Origin: a virus
Lineage: Duplodnaviria > Heunggongvirae > Uroviricota > Caudoviricetes
Length of the DNA stretch: 46,144 nt
Strand: one strand, 5' to 3'
Virus record (IMG/VR): IMGVR_UViG_2718218453_000007
The stretch's first letter is position 1; each line of letters opens with the position of its first letter. The notes beneath the pieces are model-generated. The model was not told the origin of the DNA, searched no databases, and saw only the letters and a list, made by a program, of their open reading frames with translations. A program made the position numbers and the translations under genes. This document shows positions 10,092-20,420 of this stretch, in pieces.

Positions 10092-10763
10092 TCAGCGACC
10101 AATCACCACAACCTGACCACCGTCCCCTTCGTCTGCCGTGCTGATCTCCTGAGAAACCACGCGTGACCCCACGCGCATTTCCCCGTACAGAACAGGCAGA
10201 ACATTGCCCTGGGCAACCATGTTATCCAGTGAGGAGAAATAGGTGTTCTGCTTACCGTTATCCGTTGTCTGTGTACGGGGAGTTCTGGCTTTCGGTGCCA
10301 GCATCTGCGCCACACCACCGAGCACCATACTGGCACCGAGAGAAAACAGGATGCCGGTCATACCACCGGCCCCAATGGCTGCCCCCCATGCTGCAAGGGT
10401 GGCTCCGGCGGTAAAGAATGATCCGGCAATGGCGGCAGCCCCCAGGACAATCTGGAATACGCCACCTGACTTGGCCCCGGCGACTCTGGGAACAATATGA
10501 ATCACAGCGCCATCAGGCAGAGTCTCATGTAACTGCGCCGTTAACCCGGACGTGCTGACGTCCCGCCCGGCAATCCGTACCTGATACCAGCCGTCGCTCA
10601 GTTTCTGACGAAACGCCGGGAGCTGTGTGGCCAGTGCCCGGATGGCTTCAGCCCCCGTTTTCACACGAAGGTCGATGCGGCGACCAAATCGTTGTAAATC
10701 CCCGTAAAGGCAGATGCGCGCCATGCCCGGTGACGCCAGAGGGAGTGTGTGCGTCGCTGCCAT
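10092..10763 (-). CDS. I: Tail assembly protein I
   Basis: 223-aa ORF at the lambda I position, overlapping K by ~100 nt as in lambda; ubiquitin-like N-terminal region and Gly-rich hydrophobic C-terminus. Confidence 0.9.
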   Translation of the reverse strand: MAATHTLPLASPGMARICLYGDLQRFGRRIDLRVKTGAEAIRALATQLPAFRQKLSDGWYQVRIAGRDVSTSGLTAQLHETLPDGAVIHIVPRVAGAKSGGVFQIVLGAAAIAGSFFTAGATLAAWGAAIGAGGMTGILFSLGASMVLGGVAQMLAPKARTPRTQTTDNGKQNTYFSSLDNMVAQGNVLPVLYGEMRVGSRVVSQEISTADEGDGGQVVVIGR

Positions 10764-11404
10764 TTGTCGGTGTACCTCTCTCGTTTGCTCAGTTGTTCAG
10801 GAATATGGTGCAGCAGCTCGCCGTCGCCACAGTAAATGGCGGCGTGATTCGGCACCGATGAACCAAAACAGCACAGCAGCACATCGCCCGGCTGTGCCGC
10901 TGACAACGGCACCTGATACAGCCCCGTCGCCTCCAGATTATCCAGATAGAGATTCTGGCCGTTACGCCACCAGTCATCCTCACGATGAAAGTCCGGCATC
11001 TCAATCCCCGCCAGATGATAAGCATCCCGGAACAGTGTGTAACAGTCCGTCACACCGTGCTCAAAGCGCCGCCCGGTGAGATGCGGCACACAGCGGAACT
11101 TATGAATCGTCCCCCGGCAGACCAGCCACCACGGCAAATCACTCTGCACCTGCAGCCGCCGGTCGGCCTCACTCAGCCAGGGCAGACCACCGGGGTGGCT
11201 GTGGACCAGCGCCACAATCTCACCCTGCATTTCTGCCTGCAGCCAGTCTTCCGGCGACATACGGAAATACGCCTCCGGCTCACCGGAGATATTCACGCAG
11301 GGGAAATATCTTTCCCCCTCCGGCGTGCTTACCACAAAGCCGCACGACTCCGCTGGCGCACATCGCCGGGCGTGCGCCAGAATCGCTGATTCTGTCTGTG
11401 TCAT
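10661..11404 (-). CDS. K: Tail tip assembly protein K (JAMM/MPN + NlpC/P60-like)
   Basis: Contains JAMM-like motif HSHPGGLPWLSEADR near the N-terminus; lambda position; the open frame is longer (247 aa) than the classical 199-aa K annotation. Confidence 0.85.
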   Translation of the reverse strand: MTQTESAILAHARRCAPAESCGFVVSTPEGERYFPCVNISGEPEAYFRMSPEDWLQAEMQGEIVALVHSHPGGLPWLSEADRRLQVQSDLPWWLVCRGTIHKFRCVPHLTGRRFEHGVTDCYTLFRDAYHLAGIEMPDFHREDDWWRNGQNLYLDNLEATGLYQVPLSAAQPGDVLLCCFGSSVPNHAAIYCGDGELLHHIPEQLSKRERYTDKWQRRTHSLWRHRAWRASAFTGIYNDLVAASTFV

Positions 11405-11409
11405 GGGAT

Positions 11410-12108
11410 TTACTGCGAAAGTTTGTTAATGGAAAGGAAGCCGCCAAAGTTGCCGACGTTATTGCGGAACTTACAACCGCTCAGGCATTTGCTGCATTTA
11501 TCCTTCGTGATATCGGACGTTGGCTGGTCATATTCATCCGCGACAGCCGGACCGCTATAACCGCACTCGTCACCGCGATAGGTCCAGGTGCAGGTGTTGG
11601 CCAGCATGATACGTCCCGGAAAAACAGCGCCATCCGTTTCCGTCGGCGTGGACAGTACAAAGGAGGCACTCACCGCGCTCAGTTCGCTGCACTGCTCGAT
11701 GCGCCAGCGGCTGATCACCTCCTGCTCCGGATCGGCGTCACTGTTTCCGTTGACGAAGTTCACCGCATCCAGAAAACGGGCGTAAACCTTACGCCGGACC
11801 ACCGTTCCGCCGACCAGACTCTGCAGATCTTCCGCCATCCCGGTGACCATACCGTACAGGTTAGAAACCGTCAGCGTGGGGCGCGTACTGGTGCCTTTGC
11901 CATTCAGTTCAAAACCGCTCCCCTGAATGGGATACGGCTGATACTGTCGCCCCTGCCAGGTGACCGGCTCACCTTTTTCGTTCTGCTCATTACAGAAAAA
12001 ATAACGTTCTCCACCGACCTCTGTCAGGTCGATTTCCCAGAGCACCACGCTGGCCGACTGCTCCGCACGGGTGCATTCATTCAGTGTTTCCTGCCGGATA
12101 TCCTGCAT
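11410..12108 (-). CDS. L: Tail tip protein L
   Basis: 232-aa ORF at the lambda L position; Cys cluster CTWTYRGDECGY and C..C near the C-terminus. Confidence 0.9.
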   Translation of the reverse strand: MQDIRQETLNECTRAEQSASVVLWEIDLTEVGGERYFFCNEQNEKGEPVTWQGRQYQPYPIQGSGFELNGKGTSTRPTLTVSNLYGMVTGMAEDLQSLVGGTVVRRKVYARFLDAVNFVNGNSDADPEQEVISRWRIEQCSELSAVSASFVLSTPTETDGAVFPGRIMLANTCTWTYRGDECGYSGPAVADEYDQPTSDITKDKCSKCLSGCKFRNNVGNFGGFLSINKLSQ

Positions 12109-12437
12109 CAGTTCACCACCTGTTCAAACTCTGCGCTGAACTCAACACGCAGCATACTGACCCGCGACGACCATTTTGCGCAGATCACCTTTATCTGCCG
12201 CCACTCATAAGGCGGCGTCCACAGAAAGGCTTTCCAGCCCCCGTGCTCTTCCAGAAACGACTCCAGTACCGTGGCCTCCTCACGGGGGACAGAAAGCGTC
12301 ACGCTGTACGTTTTCAGGTTGGCATTCAGCCCGGCAGGCGCTCGCTGAGAATAGCCATCACCAAAGCGCACCTTTCTTACAGAAGGGGCCGAAGCCACAT
12401 CCATACCGGGTTTCACTTTCCAGCGGAAGGTCTTCAT
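12108..12437 (-). CDS. M: Tail tip protein M
   Basis: 109-aa ORF at the lambda M position, N-terminus MKTFRWKVKPGMDV. Confidence 0.9.
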   Translation of the reverse strand: MKTFRWKVKPGMDVASAPSVRKVRFGDGYSQRAPAGLNANLKTYSVTLSVPREEATVLESFLEEHGGWKAFLWTPPYEWRQIKVICAKWSSRVSMLRVEFSAEFEQVVN

Positions 12438-15013
12438 CGTCCACCTCCGGAGAACAGGCCACCATCACGCATCTGTGTCTGAATTTCATCACGGGCACCC
12501 TTGCGGGCCATGTCATACACCGCCTTCAGAGCAGCCGGACCTATCTGCCCGTTCGTGCCGTCGTTGTTAATCACCACATGGTTATTCTGCTCAAACGTCC
12601 CGGACGCCTGCGACCGGCTGTCTGCCATGCTGCCCGGTGTACCGACATAACCGCCGGTGGCATAGCCGCGCATCAGCCGGTAAAGATTCCCCACGCCAAT
12701 CCGGCTGGTTGCCTCCTTCGTGAAGACAAACTCACCACGGTGAACAATCCCCGCTGGCTCATATTTGCCGCCGGTTCCCGTAAATCCTCCGGTTGCAAAA
12801 TGGAATTTCGCCGCAGCGGCCTGAATGGCTGTACCGCCTGACGCGGATGCGCCGCCACCAACAGCCCCGCCAATGGCGCTGCCGATACTCCCGACAATCC
12901 CCACCATTGCCTGCTTAAGCAGAATTTCTGTCATCATGGACAGCACGGAACGGGTGAAGCTGCGCCAGTTCTGCTCACTGCCGGTCAGCATCGCTGCCAT
13001 ATTCTGTGCAATACCATCAAAGGTCTGCGTGGCTGCACTTTTTACCTGCGACATACTGTCCGTGGCGCTCTCTTCCCACTCACTCCAGCCGGACTTCAGG
13101 CCTGCCATCCAGCTCCCGCGAAGCTGGTCTTCAGCCGCCCAGGTCTTTTTCTGCTCTGACATGACGTTATTCAGCGCCAGCGGATTATCGCCATACTGTT
13201 CCTTCAGGCGCTGTTCCGTGGCTTCCCGTTCTGCCTGCCGGTCAGTCAGCCCCCGGCTTTTCGCATCAATGGCGGCCCGTTTTGCCCGTTGCTGCTGTGC
13301 GAATTTATCCGCCTGCTGCGCCAGCGCGTTCAGGCGCTCCTGATACGTAACCTTGTCGCCAAGTGCAGCCAGCTGGCGTTTGTACTCCAGCGTCTCATCT
13401 TTATGCGCCAGCAGGGATTTCTCCTGTGCGGATAGCTGGCGACGTTGTGCCGCCTCCTCCAGTACCGCGAACTGACTTTCTGCCTTCCACAAATCCCGGC
13501 GCTGCTGGCTGATTTTCTCATTTGCTCCGGCATGCTTCTCCAGCGTCCGGAGTTCTGCCTGAAGCGTCAGCAGGGCAGCATGAGCACTGTCTTCCTGACG
13601 ATCGCCCGCAGACACCTTCACGCCGGACTGTTTCGGCTTTTTCAGCGTCGCTTCATAATCCTTTTTCGCCGCCGCCATCAGCGTGTTGTAATCCGCCTGC
13701 AGGATTTTCCCGTCTTTCAGTGCCTTGTTCAGTTCTTCCTGACGGGCGGTATATTTCTCCAGCGGCGTCTGCAGCCGTTCGTAAGCCTTCTGCGCCTCTT
13801 CGGTATATTTCAGCCGTGATGCCTCAGACTCGGCCCAGTCCTTTGCTGCCATCTCTCTGGCCTTTTCAAGATCGGCCTGCAACGTGGCGGCTGAAAGCCC
13901 AAGTTGCGCATTCGCTCTGTCCTCCCATGCTCCCCGGAGATTGGCAAGAAATGCTGAGGTTTTACCGCGCCGGTGGCTCCGGCTCTGATACCACTGCCAT
14001 TTTTTGTCCGCCTCATCAAAAGCCTTTTCTGCTTTCTCCAGCATTCCCTGGGCAGTGTCCGGGCGACCAATATCCAGCACCGAATCCCACATGGATTTGA
14101 ATGCCCGTGCTGTCCTGTCTGCCCAGGTCTCCAGCGTGCCCATGTTCTCTTTCAGGCGGCGGGTCTGGTCATCAAACCCTTTCGTTGCGGCCTCGTTCGC
14201 CGCCTGCAATGCCCCGGCTTCATCTCCGGAACGCTGCAACTGAGCAACATACGCAATCTGCTCCGCCGTCACGTTATGGAACTGACGTGCCATCGCTGTC
14301 AGTCCCGACGTCGGGTCTGTGGTCAGCTTCCCGAAGGCTTCAGCGACCTTGTCCACCTCCACGCCGGATGCAGAGGAGAAACGCGCCACACTCTGGCTGA
14401 TCGCCTCAAACTGCTCACCACCACGCACACCGGCATTCACCAGCGCCGTCAGTGACTCGCTGGTCTGGTTAAACGTCAGCCCTGCCGCCTGCCCGGCTCT
14501 GGACAGGGCCAGAATACGATCTGCCGTCAGTCCCGCCTGATTGCCGGAAAGGACCAGCGTTTTGTTGAAATCGGACAGGGTTGAGTTGCCCTGATACCAG
14601 GCATACGCCAGCGCACCGGTCGCCACCGCCAGCGAGGTGGCCCCCACCATCGGCAGGGTGATCGCACCGGCAAGCCCCCTGAACATGGGGATCATCCCGC
14701 CGAAGGAGTCCTTAACCTGACCACCCTGTTGCAGCAGGATCAGCCACGGACTTTGCCCGCCTGCAAGCTGCGTGGCCACGTCGGTGAACTGTGCAGGCAG
14801 CATACGCATGGCGGCTTTATACTGCCCGACGGAAATCCCCGCTTTCTGTGCAGCCAGCGCCTGTCGGCTCAGCGACTGTTCAACGACTGCCGCTGTTTTT
14901 TTCGCATCAGTTTCCGTACCGGAAAAATGACGCCTGACTCTGGCCATCTGCTCGTCAAATCTGGCCGCATCCAGACTTAAATCAACGACCAGATCGCCTA
15001 CCGGTTCAGCCAT
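12434..15013 (-). CDS. H: Tail tape measure protein H
   Basis: 859-aa ORF, N-terminus MAEPVGDLVVDLSLDAARFDEQMARVRRHF matches lambda H from memory; long coiled-coil region; Gly-rich C-terminal part. Confidence 0.95.
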   Translation of the reverse strand: MAEPVGDLVVDLSLDAARFDEQMARVRRHFSGTETDAKKTAAVVEQSLSRQALAAQKAGISVGQYKAAMRMLPAQFTDVATQLAGGQSPWLILLQQGGQVKDSFGGMIPMFRGLAGAITLPMVGATSLAVATGALAYAWYQGNSTLSDFNKTLVLSGNQAGLTADRILALSRAGQAAGLTFNQTSESLTALVNAGVRGGEQFEAISQSVARFSSASGVEVDKVAEAFGKLTTDPTSGLTAMARQFHNVTAEQIAYVAQLQRSGDEAGALQAANEAATKGFDDQTRRLKENMGTLETWADRTARAFKSMWDSVLDIGRPDTAQGMLEKAEKAFDEADKKWQWYQSRSHRRGKTSAFLANLRGAWEDRANAQLGLSAATLQADLEKAREMAAKDWAESEASRLKYTEEAQKAYERLQTPLEKYTARQEELNKALKDGKILQADYNTLMAAAKKDYEATLKKPKQSGVKVSAGDRQEDSAHAALLTLQAELRTLEKHAGANEKISQQRRDLWKAESQFAVLEEAAQRRQLSAQEKSLLAHKDETLEYKRQLAALGDKVTYQERLNALAQQADKFAQQQRAKRAAIDAKSRGLTDRQAEREATEQRLKEQYGDNPLALNNVMSEQKKTWAAEDQLRGSWMAGLKSGWSEWEESATDSMSQVKSAATQTFDGIAQNMAAMLTGSEQNWRSFTRSVLSMMTEILLKQAMVGIVGSIGSAIGGAVGGGASASGGTAIQAAAAKFHFATGGFTGTGGKYEPAGIVHRGEFVFTKEATSRIGVGNLYRLMRGYATGGYVGTPGSMADSRSQASGTFEQNNHVVINNDGTNGQIGPAALKAVYDMARKGARDEIQTQMRDGGLFSGGGR

Positions 15014-15440
15014 ACCGGACTCCTCCTGCGATCCCTTCTGATACTGTCATCAGCATTACGTCATCCTCCGTCATGTCCGCCACATCCGGGGAAGCGGGGA
15101 TAACTTCATTCCCGTCCGGGCCAAAACGAACGCCTCCGGCAAGCCCTGCCGCTTTCTGCATCAGCACATCATCTTCAGGCTCTTCGTCAGCCTCGCGCCG
15201 GTTCAGCAGACTGAAATCCAGCGGATGCATATCCGGATCGCTGAAAAACAGGCTGAGCACGGTGTACGTCAGCCCGGAAAAGTGCATATCCAGCAGAACA
15301 TCATGAAAATAATGGGTACTGTAAAAGCGGTGCCAGTCGGCATACTCCGTGGATGACATCCCGGCAAGCATGGCACGCCAGTCGGGTCGCCCCATCTCAC
15401 GCGCCAGTTTCAGGGCAAAACTCAGCTCACCGTCGAACAC
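15006..15440 (-). CDS. T: Tail assembly chaperone T segment (expressed as G-T fusion by -1 frameshift)
   Basis: ORF in the -1 frame overlapping the 3' end of G, as in lambda; GGGAAAG slippery heptamer present on the coding strand. Confidence 0.8.
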   Translation of the reverse strand: MFDGELSFALKLAREMGRPDWRAMLAGMSSTEYADWHRFYSTHYFHDVLLDMHFSGLTYTVLSLFFSDPDMHPLDFSLLNRREADEEPEDDVLMQKAAGLAGGVRFGPDGNEVIPASPDVADMTEDDVMLMTVSEGIAGGVRYG

Positions 15441-15844
15441 TTTCCCGCAGAAACAGGCTCTGCAGGCCCGGCGTCCTCTGTCTGTTCAGGGGCATTATTC
15501 ACCACAAACTCATACATACCGGACAGCCGGTACACCACGTTTTCAGCATGAGAAATTGCCTCCGTGGGCCAGGTGGTAAGCACTTCCTGCTCAATCTGTT
15601 TAACGGCTTCATTCATGGACGGCATCTGCGTCTTCTGCGGATGGTTATGCCACAGGGACATCGCCACCAGAAACGCGCCGGTTCTGATGGCGTCTTCCAC
15701 AGTAAACTTCCGGTTGCTGTCTGACTCCGCCTGTTCTGCCTGCCGTTTCATCAGGGCGAGATGCTCAATACGCTGCAGGGCTGACAGTTCAGAAAGCGTG
15801 ACGGTCACACCGTTATGTTCAAATGATTCGGTTTTCAGGAACAT
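15422..15844 (-). CDS. G: Tail assembly chaperone G
   Basis: 140-aa ORF at the lambda G position, N-terminus MFLKTESFEHNGVTVTLSELSALQRIEHLAL. Confidence 0.9.
   Translation of the reverse strand: MFLKTESFEHNGVTVTLSELSALQRIEHLALMKRQAEQAESDSNRKFTVEDAIRTGAFLVAMSLWHNHPQKTQMPSMNEAVKQIEQEVLTTWPTEAISHAENVVYRLSGMYEFVVNNAPEQTEDAGPAEPVSAGKCSTVS
15440..15446 (-). promoter_or_regulatory. G-T programmed -1 ribosomal frameshift slippery site (GGGAAAG)
   Basis: Plus-strand CTTTCCC at 15440-15446 is GGGAAAG on the coding strand, at the G/T overlap. Confidence 0.7.
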
Positions 15845-15859
15845 CGCTGACTCTCCGGA

Positions 15860-16600
15860 TTAACTGGCGGTGACGGTGATTTCTGCAACCGCAGCAAGTT
15901 CACCATTACCGGATACGACCGGAATGTTGACCTTGCCTGCAGCAACACCTTTCACGGTGATGGTCATACCACTGACCGACACGGTGGCTTTTGTTTTATC
16001 CGCTGACACCGCACGGAAGCTCTTGTCGGTTGCGCCTTCCGGCTGGAATGCCACGGTCAGCGTGGTGCTCTTCCCTTTCACTACGGAAGCGCTGGCTGGC
16101 GTCACGGTCATACCGGTTGCCGCTGTTACCGTGCTGCGATCTTCTGCCATCGACGGACGTCCTACGTTGGTGACTTTCACCGTGCGGGTGATCACGTCCT
16201 TCGCCGTCACAGCCTTACCGATACTGCTGACCCAGCCGCGGAACACATCGACCGTGCCGTTCGGGAAGCGGATTTTATAGGCACGGGTATCACCTTCATT
16301 AAACCACGCCAGCAGCGCCTGCTGCCCCTGCTCTCCGGGCATCCACGCCAGCGTGAAGCTGGTATCTCCGGCAGATTTCTGCCCCTGTCCGGTCGCGGTC
16401 CAGTCCGCATCTTCATCATCAAGATAACTGTCGTCATAGGACTCAGCGGTCAGTTCGCCGGGCGTCAGGTCTTTAACCTTTGCCAGACGCGACCAGTCAT
16501 TGTCTGAAAGCGGGTTTGCATAAGGGTCGCCGCTCCCGTTATAAACCCACAGTGTGGTCCCGGCCCCTTTCACCGGTGCCAGAGGATTTGGTACAGGCAT
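15860..16600 (-). CDS. V: Major tail tube protein V (with C-terminal Ig-like domain)
   Basis: Sequence [20 protein letters not shown]...EITVTAS matches lambda V from memory; track ORF extends 10 codons upstream of the likely start. Confidence 0.95.
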   Translation of the reverse strand: MPVPNPLAPVKGAGTTLWVYNGSGDPYANPLSDNDWSRLAKVKDLTPGELTAESYDDSYLDDEDADWTATGQGQKSAGDTSFTLAWMPGEQGQQALLAWFNEGDTRAYKIRFPNGTVDVFRGWVSSIGKAVTAKDVITRTVKVTNVGRPSMAEDRSTVTAATGMTVTPASASVVKGKSTTLTVAFQPEGATDKSFRAVSADKTKATVSVSGMTITVKGVAAGKVNIPVVSGNGELAAVAEITVTAS

Positions 16601-16607
16601 ATCGTCC

Positions 16608-17003
16608 TCACATTTCATAGGTAATGACATAAGTCAGATCGGCTGAACTCCACAGGCCCGCATCATCGTCGCGCCGGTAGTCATAGCCACTGGCCACCAT
16701 ACTGGTGATCAAATCTGACAGTGCCGGGATATCGCTCATCACCGGATAAATCCGGGACTCCATCCACGAATCCAGCTCTGAATCCGGCACCTGAGCAGGC
16801 AGGAAAACTTCAATATGCAGCTCCGCCTGCCAGGTATCGCTGTCCAGCTCTTCGCCCGTGTATTCAGCGCCGGTGAGATAAACGGCAATTGCCGGAAAAT
16901 CTTCCTCATCAAAAACAGCGGGGCGACCATCAAAAAGCGTCGCCCCGGTGTCATGCTTCTCCAGTGCATCCAGTACGGCTGCACGGAGTTCAGTATGTTT
17001 CAT
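16608..17003 (-). CDS. U: Tail terminator protein U
   Basis: 131-aa ORF at the lambda U position, N-terminus [31 protein letters not shown]. Confidence 0.9.
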   Translation of the reverse strand: MKHTELRAAVLDALEKHDTGATLFDGRPAVFDEEDFPAIAVYLTGAEYTGEELDSDTWQAELHIEVFLPAQVPDSELDSWMESRIYPVMSDIPALSDLITSMVASGYDYRRDDDAGLWSSADLTYVITYEM

Positions 17004-17578
17004 CGCTTTATTACCATCCTCAGTTGATGCTGCAGCGCATAGCCCAGCTCTTTCGGAAGACGCTCACGCCGTATCCGCTCAATATTCTGTTTAAACGCCG
17101 TGGTCAGCGGCACCGCCATCGGGATTTTCACCACATCAATGGGGTAACGGTTTTTCCCGGCCACACGCTGCATGACATGCCAGCGGCCATTTTTCAGTTG
17201 CTGAATAAACGCGCCGGGAATACGACGGTTTCCCACCACAAGCACGCTGCCGCCACCTTTCAGGGATGAACGCTGCCCCTTTTTACGACGTCTGCGGCGG
17301 GAAAGGACAACCCGCGCGTTACCCAGCTTGATTACGGGCAAATCCCCCCGGTTAACCCTGATCCTGGCCTGCGGATTTTTGACCGTGGCCCTTTTCAGCC
17401 TGGCCCTTTCCTTTACCAGTTTCCGGCGTACCTTTGTCTCACGGGCAACCTGTGACGCAGACTGCGATATCGCGGATGACGCAACGCGGTTAATGGCCAT
17501 TGCGGCGGCACCAGGCACCGCCGTTTTGCTGATACGGCTGAGGTTTTCAATGGCCTGCTCAAGACCTTTTATGGCCAT
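17000..17578 (-). CDS. Z: Tail completion protein Z
   Basis: 192-aa ORF at the lambda Z position, overlapping U start. Confidence 0.9.
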   Translation of the reverse strand: MAIKGLEQAIENLSRISKTAVPGAAAMAINRVASSAISQSASQVARETKVRRKLVKERARLKRATVKNPQARIRVNRGDLPVIKLGNARVVLSRRRRRKKGQRSSLKGGGSVLVVGNRRIPGAFIQQLKNGRWHVMQRVAGKNRYPIDVVKIPMAVPLTTAFKQNIERIRRERLPKELGYALQHQLRMVIKR

Positions 17579-17589
17579 ACATCCCCCTT

Positions 17590-17943
17590 TCAGCGGCGAC
17601 GGTTAACGGCAGGCGGTACGCCCCGCCCAAGCCAGAGATGACAGCTTCCACCATCATCCGGCGAAACCCGGTCTATCCAGAAGTTTTCCTCACCGATGGT
17701 CAGCGTGTCTCCACGCCGCAGCTGCCGCACATCATCAGTCCGGACAAACAGGGACGGGCTGGAGCCTTCAACGCGCACGCCCTGTCCGGCATAGCTGATA
17801 TTTTCAGGGTCATCAAAAACACCACGTATTACTGCGCCGGACTGCTCACCGGATGTCATGGTGGCTGACGTTCCCATGTACCCGCGTATCGTTTCATCGG
17901 CGCGGACAATGGCAGCATCGAACAGGTTATCGAAATCAGCCAC
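17590..17943 (-). CDS. FII: Head-tail joining protein FII
   Basis: 117-aa ORF, N-terminus MADFDNLFDAAIVRADETIRGYMG, lambda FII position. Confidence 0.9.
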   Translation of the reverse strand: MADFDNLFDAAIVRADETIRGYMGTSATMTSGEQSGAVIRGVFDDPENISYAGQGVRVEGSSPSLFVRTDDVRQLRRGDTLTIGEENFWIDRVSPDDGGSCHLWLGRGVPPAVNRRR

Positions 17944-17954
17944 AGCGCCTCCCG

Positions 17955-18350
17955 TTATTGCATTCTGGCCAGGCCGCGCTCTGTCATTTCGGCTGCCACA
18001 CCGGCAGAGACACGAAACGCCGTTCCCGGCAGCACAAATGCCACAGGTTCATCCCGCGTGGCGTGAAGTGCATCGGTATGCAGCGTCACCAGTGCCACAA
18101 CCGTGACCAGAGCAGCCGTATCAGTCACGGTATCCGTCTGTGCTGATACCACCTCATTTTCATGTCCGGTCAGCGCATTTTCCGGGCTGACAGACGAGTC
18201 CTGACCGGCTCCGTCATCCGTGTCATCAAGCTCCTCTTCCAGCTCTGCCACACGGAGCGCCAGTTCTTCTTTCGTCCCCGTCAGGCTGACATCACGGTTC
18301 AGTTGCTCACCCAGCGACCGGAGACGGGCAATCAGTTCATCTTTCGTCAT
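17955..18350 (-). CDS. FI: DNA packaging protein FI
   Basis: MTKDELIARLRSLGEQLNRDVSLTG... matches lambda FI from memory; start chosen at the internal Met of the longer track ORF. Confidence 0.9.
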   Translation of the reverse strand: MTKDELIARLRSLGEQLNRDVSLTGTKEELALRVAELEEELDDTDDGAGQDSSVSPENALTGHENEVVSAQTDTVTDTAALVTVVALVTLHTDALHATRDEPVAFVLPGTAFRVSAGVAAEMTERGLARMQ

Positions 18351-18391
18351 GGACTCCTCCACAGAGAGAAAATGGCCCCTAAGGGCCATGA

Positions 18392-19417
18392 TTACGCCAG
18401 TTGAACGGACACGAACTCATCAGGATCAGCCAGCAGCATCAGCGGTGCTGACTGAATCATGGTGAACTCTCGCGCCGGATCGCCGGATGTCTTCCAGTTT
18501 TTCGGATAACGGGGAGACGCATTAATACCCTCACTCAATGCATCCGCATCCTGAATACAGCCATAGGTGCGCAGACCGCGTGCATGAGTGTTACCCAGCA
18601 CCATCGTGTTGTCCGGCAGGAAGTTCTTTTTGACGCCGTTTTCCACGTACTGTCCGGAATACACGACGATGGCCACATCGCCATACATTCCCTTATAAGA
18701 CACCGCTTTGCCCAGGTCTCTTACCGCTGTCTCCAGTTCGGAATGAGAGCCGCGACGGGTATCCAGCTTCTCCCTGACGGCTTTGAAGGAACGGAACAGC
18801 GCCCAGCCTTTCGGGTCAAACACGATGATATTCACCACGCCGCTGGCGTTCAGCGCGTAGGCTTCGATATCGTCGGTCGGGTCATACGTGGACTTGTCAC
18901 GCTTGCTCCACTCCGTGCCGCCGGACTGCGTGATGTTGTTCGCCGCACTGCGGCCCATATCCACCTCAACCGGATCGAAGGCTTCACCGGTCATGGTGTA
19001 TTTGCCCTTGAGCACGGCAGAAACTGCCTGCATCTCTTCGACCTGAGCAATGGCCAGCTCTTCGTCACGCATGTTCTGCATGATGATGCGACGGCGGCGG
19101 TAAGCCGGGTCCGCCAGATTCTGCGGATCTTCATCCGGCAGGCGACGCAGGGTCATCTGCGGATTCACTTCATGCTTGGGTTTGACATATCCCGGCGTAA
19201 ATTCAGAGGTGGAGCCGCCACGGGAACGGATAACATCACCGGAAACAATCGGCGAAACGTACAGCGCCATGTTTACCAGTCCCGGAATTTGTGAGAGATA
19301 GACTTTCTCCGTAGTGAAGGGATAGCTCTCACGGAAAAAGAGACGCAGAAACAACGGATCAAACTTAAATTTCTGCTCATTTGCCGCCAGCAGCTGGGCG
19401 GTTGTGTACATCGACAT
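18392..19417 (-). CDS. E: Major capsid protein E
   Basis: MSMYTTAQLLAANEQKFKFDPLFLRLFFRESYPFTTEKVYL... matches lambda E; start at the internal Met of the track ORF. Confidence 0.95.
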   Translation of the reverse strand: MSMYTTAQLLAANEQKFKFDPLFLRLFFRESYPFTTEKVYLSQIPGLVNMALYVSPIVSGDVIRSRGGSTSEFTPGYVKPKHEVNPQMTLRRLPDEDPQNLADPAYRRRRIIMQNMRDEELAIAQVEEMQAVSAVLKGKYTMTGEAFDPVEVDMGRSAANNITQSGGTEWSKRDKSTYDPTDDIEAYALNASGVVNIIVFDPKGWALFRSFKAVREKLDTRRGSHSELETAVRDLGKAVSYKGMYGDVAIVVYSGQYVENGVKKNFLPDNTMVLGNTHARGLRTYGCIQDADALSEGINASPRYPKNWKTSGDPAREFTMIQSAPLMLLADPDEFVSVQLA

Positions 19418-19472
19418 AAAAAAATCCCGTAAAAAAAGCCGCACAGGCGGCCTTTAGTGATGAAGGGTAAAG

Positions 19473-19805
19473 TTAAACGATGCTGATTGCCGTTCCGGCA
19501 AACGCGGTCCGTTTTTTCGTCTCGTCGCTGGCAGCCTCCGGCCAGAGCACATCCTCATAACGGAACGTGCCGGACTTGTAGAACGTCAGTGTGGTGCTGG
19601 TCTGGTCAGCAGCAACTGCAAGAATGCCAACGGCAGCACCGTCGGTGGTGCCATCCCACGCAACCAGCTTACGGGTGGAGGTGTCCAGCATCAGCGGGGT
19701 CATTGCAGGCGCTTTCGCACTCAATCCGCCGGGCGCGGTTGCGGTATGAGCCGGGTCACTGTTGCCCAGCGGCTGGTAATGGGTAAAGGTTTCTTTGCTC
19801 GTCAT
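19473..19805 (-). CDS. D: Head decoration protein D
   Basis: [41 protein letters not shown]... matches lambda D. Confidence 0.95.
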   Translation of the reverse strand: MTSKETFTHYQPLGNSDPAHTATAPGGLSAKAPAMTPLMLDTSTRKLVAWDGTTDGAAVGILAVAADQTSTTLTFYKSGTFRYEDVLWPEAASDETKKRTAFAGTAISIV

Positions 19806-19814
19806 AAACATCCC

Positions 19815-20420
19815 TTACACTGGTGTGTTCAGCAAATCGTTAACGGCATCAGATGCCGGGTTACCTGCAGCCAGCGGTGCCGGTGCCCCCTGCATCAGAC
19901 GATCCAGCGCAGTGTCACTGCGCGCCTGTGCACTCTGTGGTGCTGCGGCCAGAATGCGGCGGGCCGTTTCCACGGTCATACCGGGGGTTTCTGCCAGCAC
20001 GCGGGCCTGTTCTTCGCGTCCGTGAGCCTCCTCACAGTTGAGGATCCCCATAATGCGGCTGTTTTCTGCCGCAACCGCAGCGGTGATCTGCGCGTTCACG
20101 TCCGGCTGCGCCGCGCTGGCGTTTTCGCCCTCCGTCGCTGGCACCACGTCAGTAACGTCAGCCTGCGAAGCAGTGGCTGAAACAGTTGTTGATTGAGTCT
20201 CTTTGGTCATTCGCCCTCCTGAGAGACGGGATTTACGTGCATCCAGTGCATCACGCATGACGGTGATCGCATCGGTGCTGTTGACAAGTTCATCAGCCAG
20301 TCCGGCATCAATGGCCTCCTGACCGCTGTACACTGCAGCCTCGGTATCCAGCACAGCCTGCACGGACAGGCCGGTATATGCCGACACCTTCTGCGCAAAC
20401 ATCTGGCGGGTTGCATCCAT
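19815..20420 (-). CDS. nu3: Scaffolding protein Nu3 (in-frame internal start within C)
   Basis: Internal ATG (plus-strand CAT at 20418-20420) in the C frame at the position corresponding to lambda Nu3. Confidence 0.75.
   Translation of the reverse strand: MDATRQMFAQKVSAYTGLSVQAVLDTEAAVYSGQEAIDAGLADELVNSTDAITVMRDALDARKSRLSGGRMTKETQSTTVSATASQADVTDVVPATEGENASAAQPDVNAQITAAVAAENSRIMGILNCEEAHGREEQARVLAETPGMTVETARRILAAAPQSAQARSDTALDRLMQGAPAPLAAGNPASDAVNDLLNTPV

Noticed and set aside
11398-12210. 270-aa plus-strand ORF antisense to L and M
   Set aside because: Overlaps two well-supported lambda tail genes on the opposite strand; no independent support.
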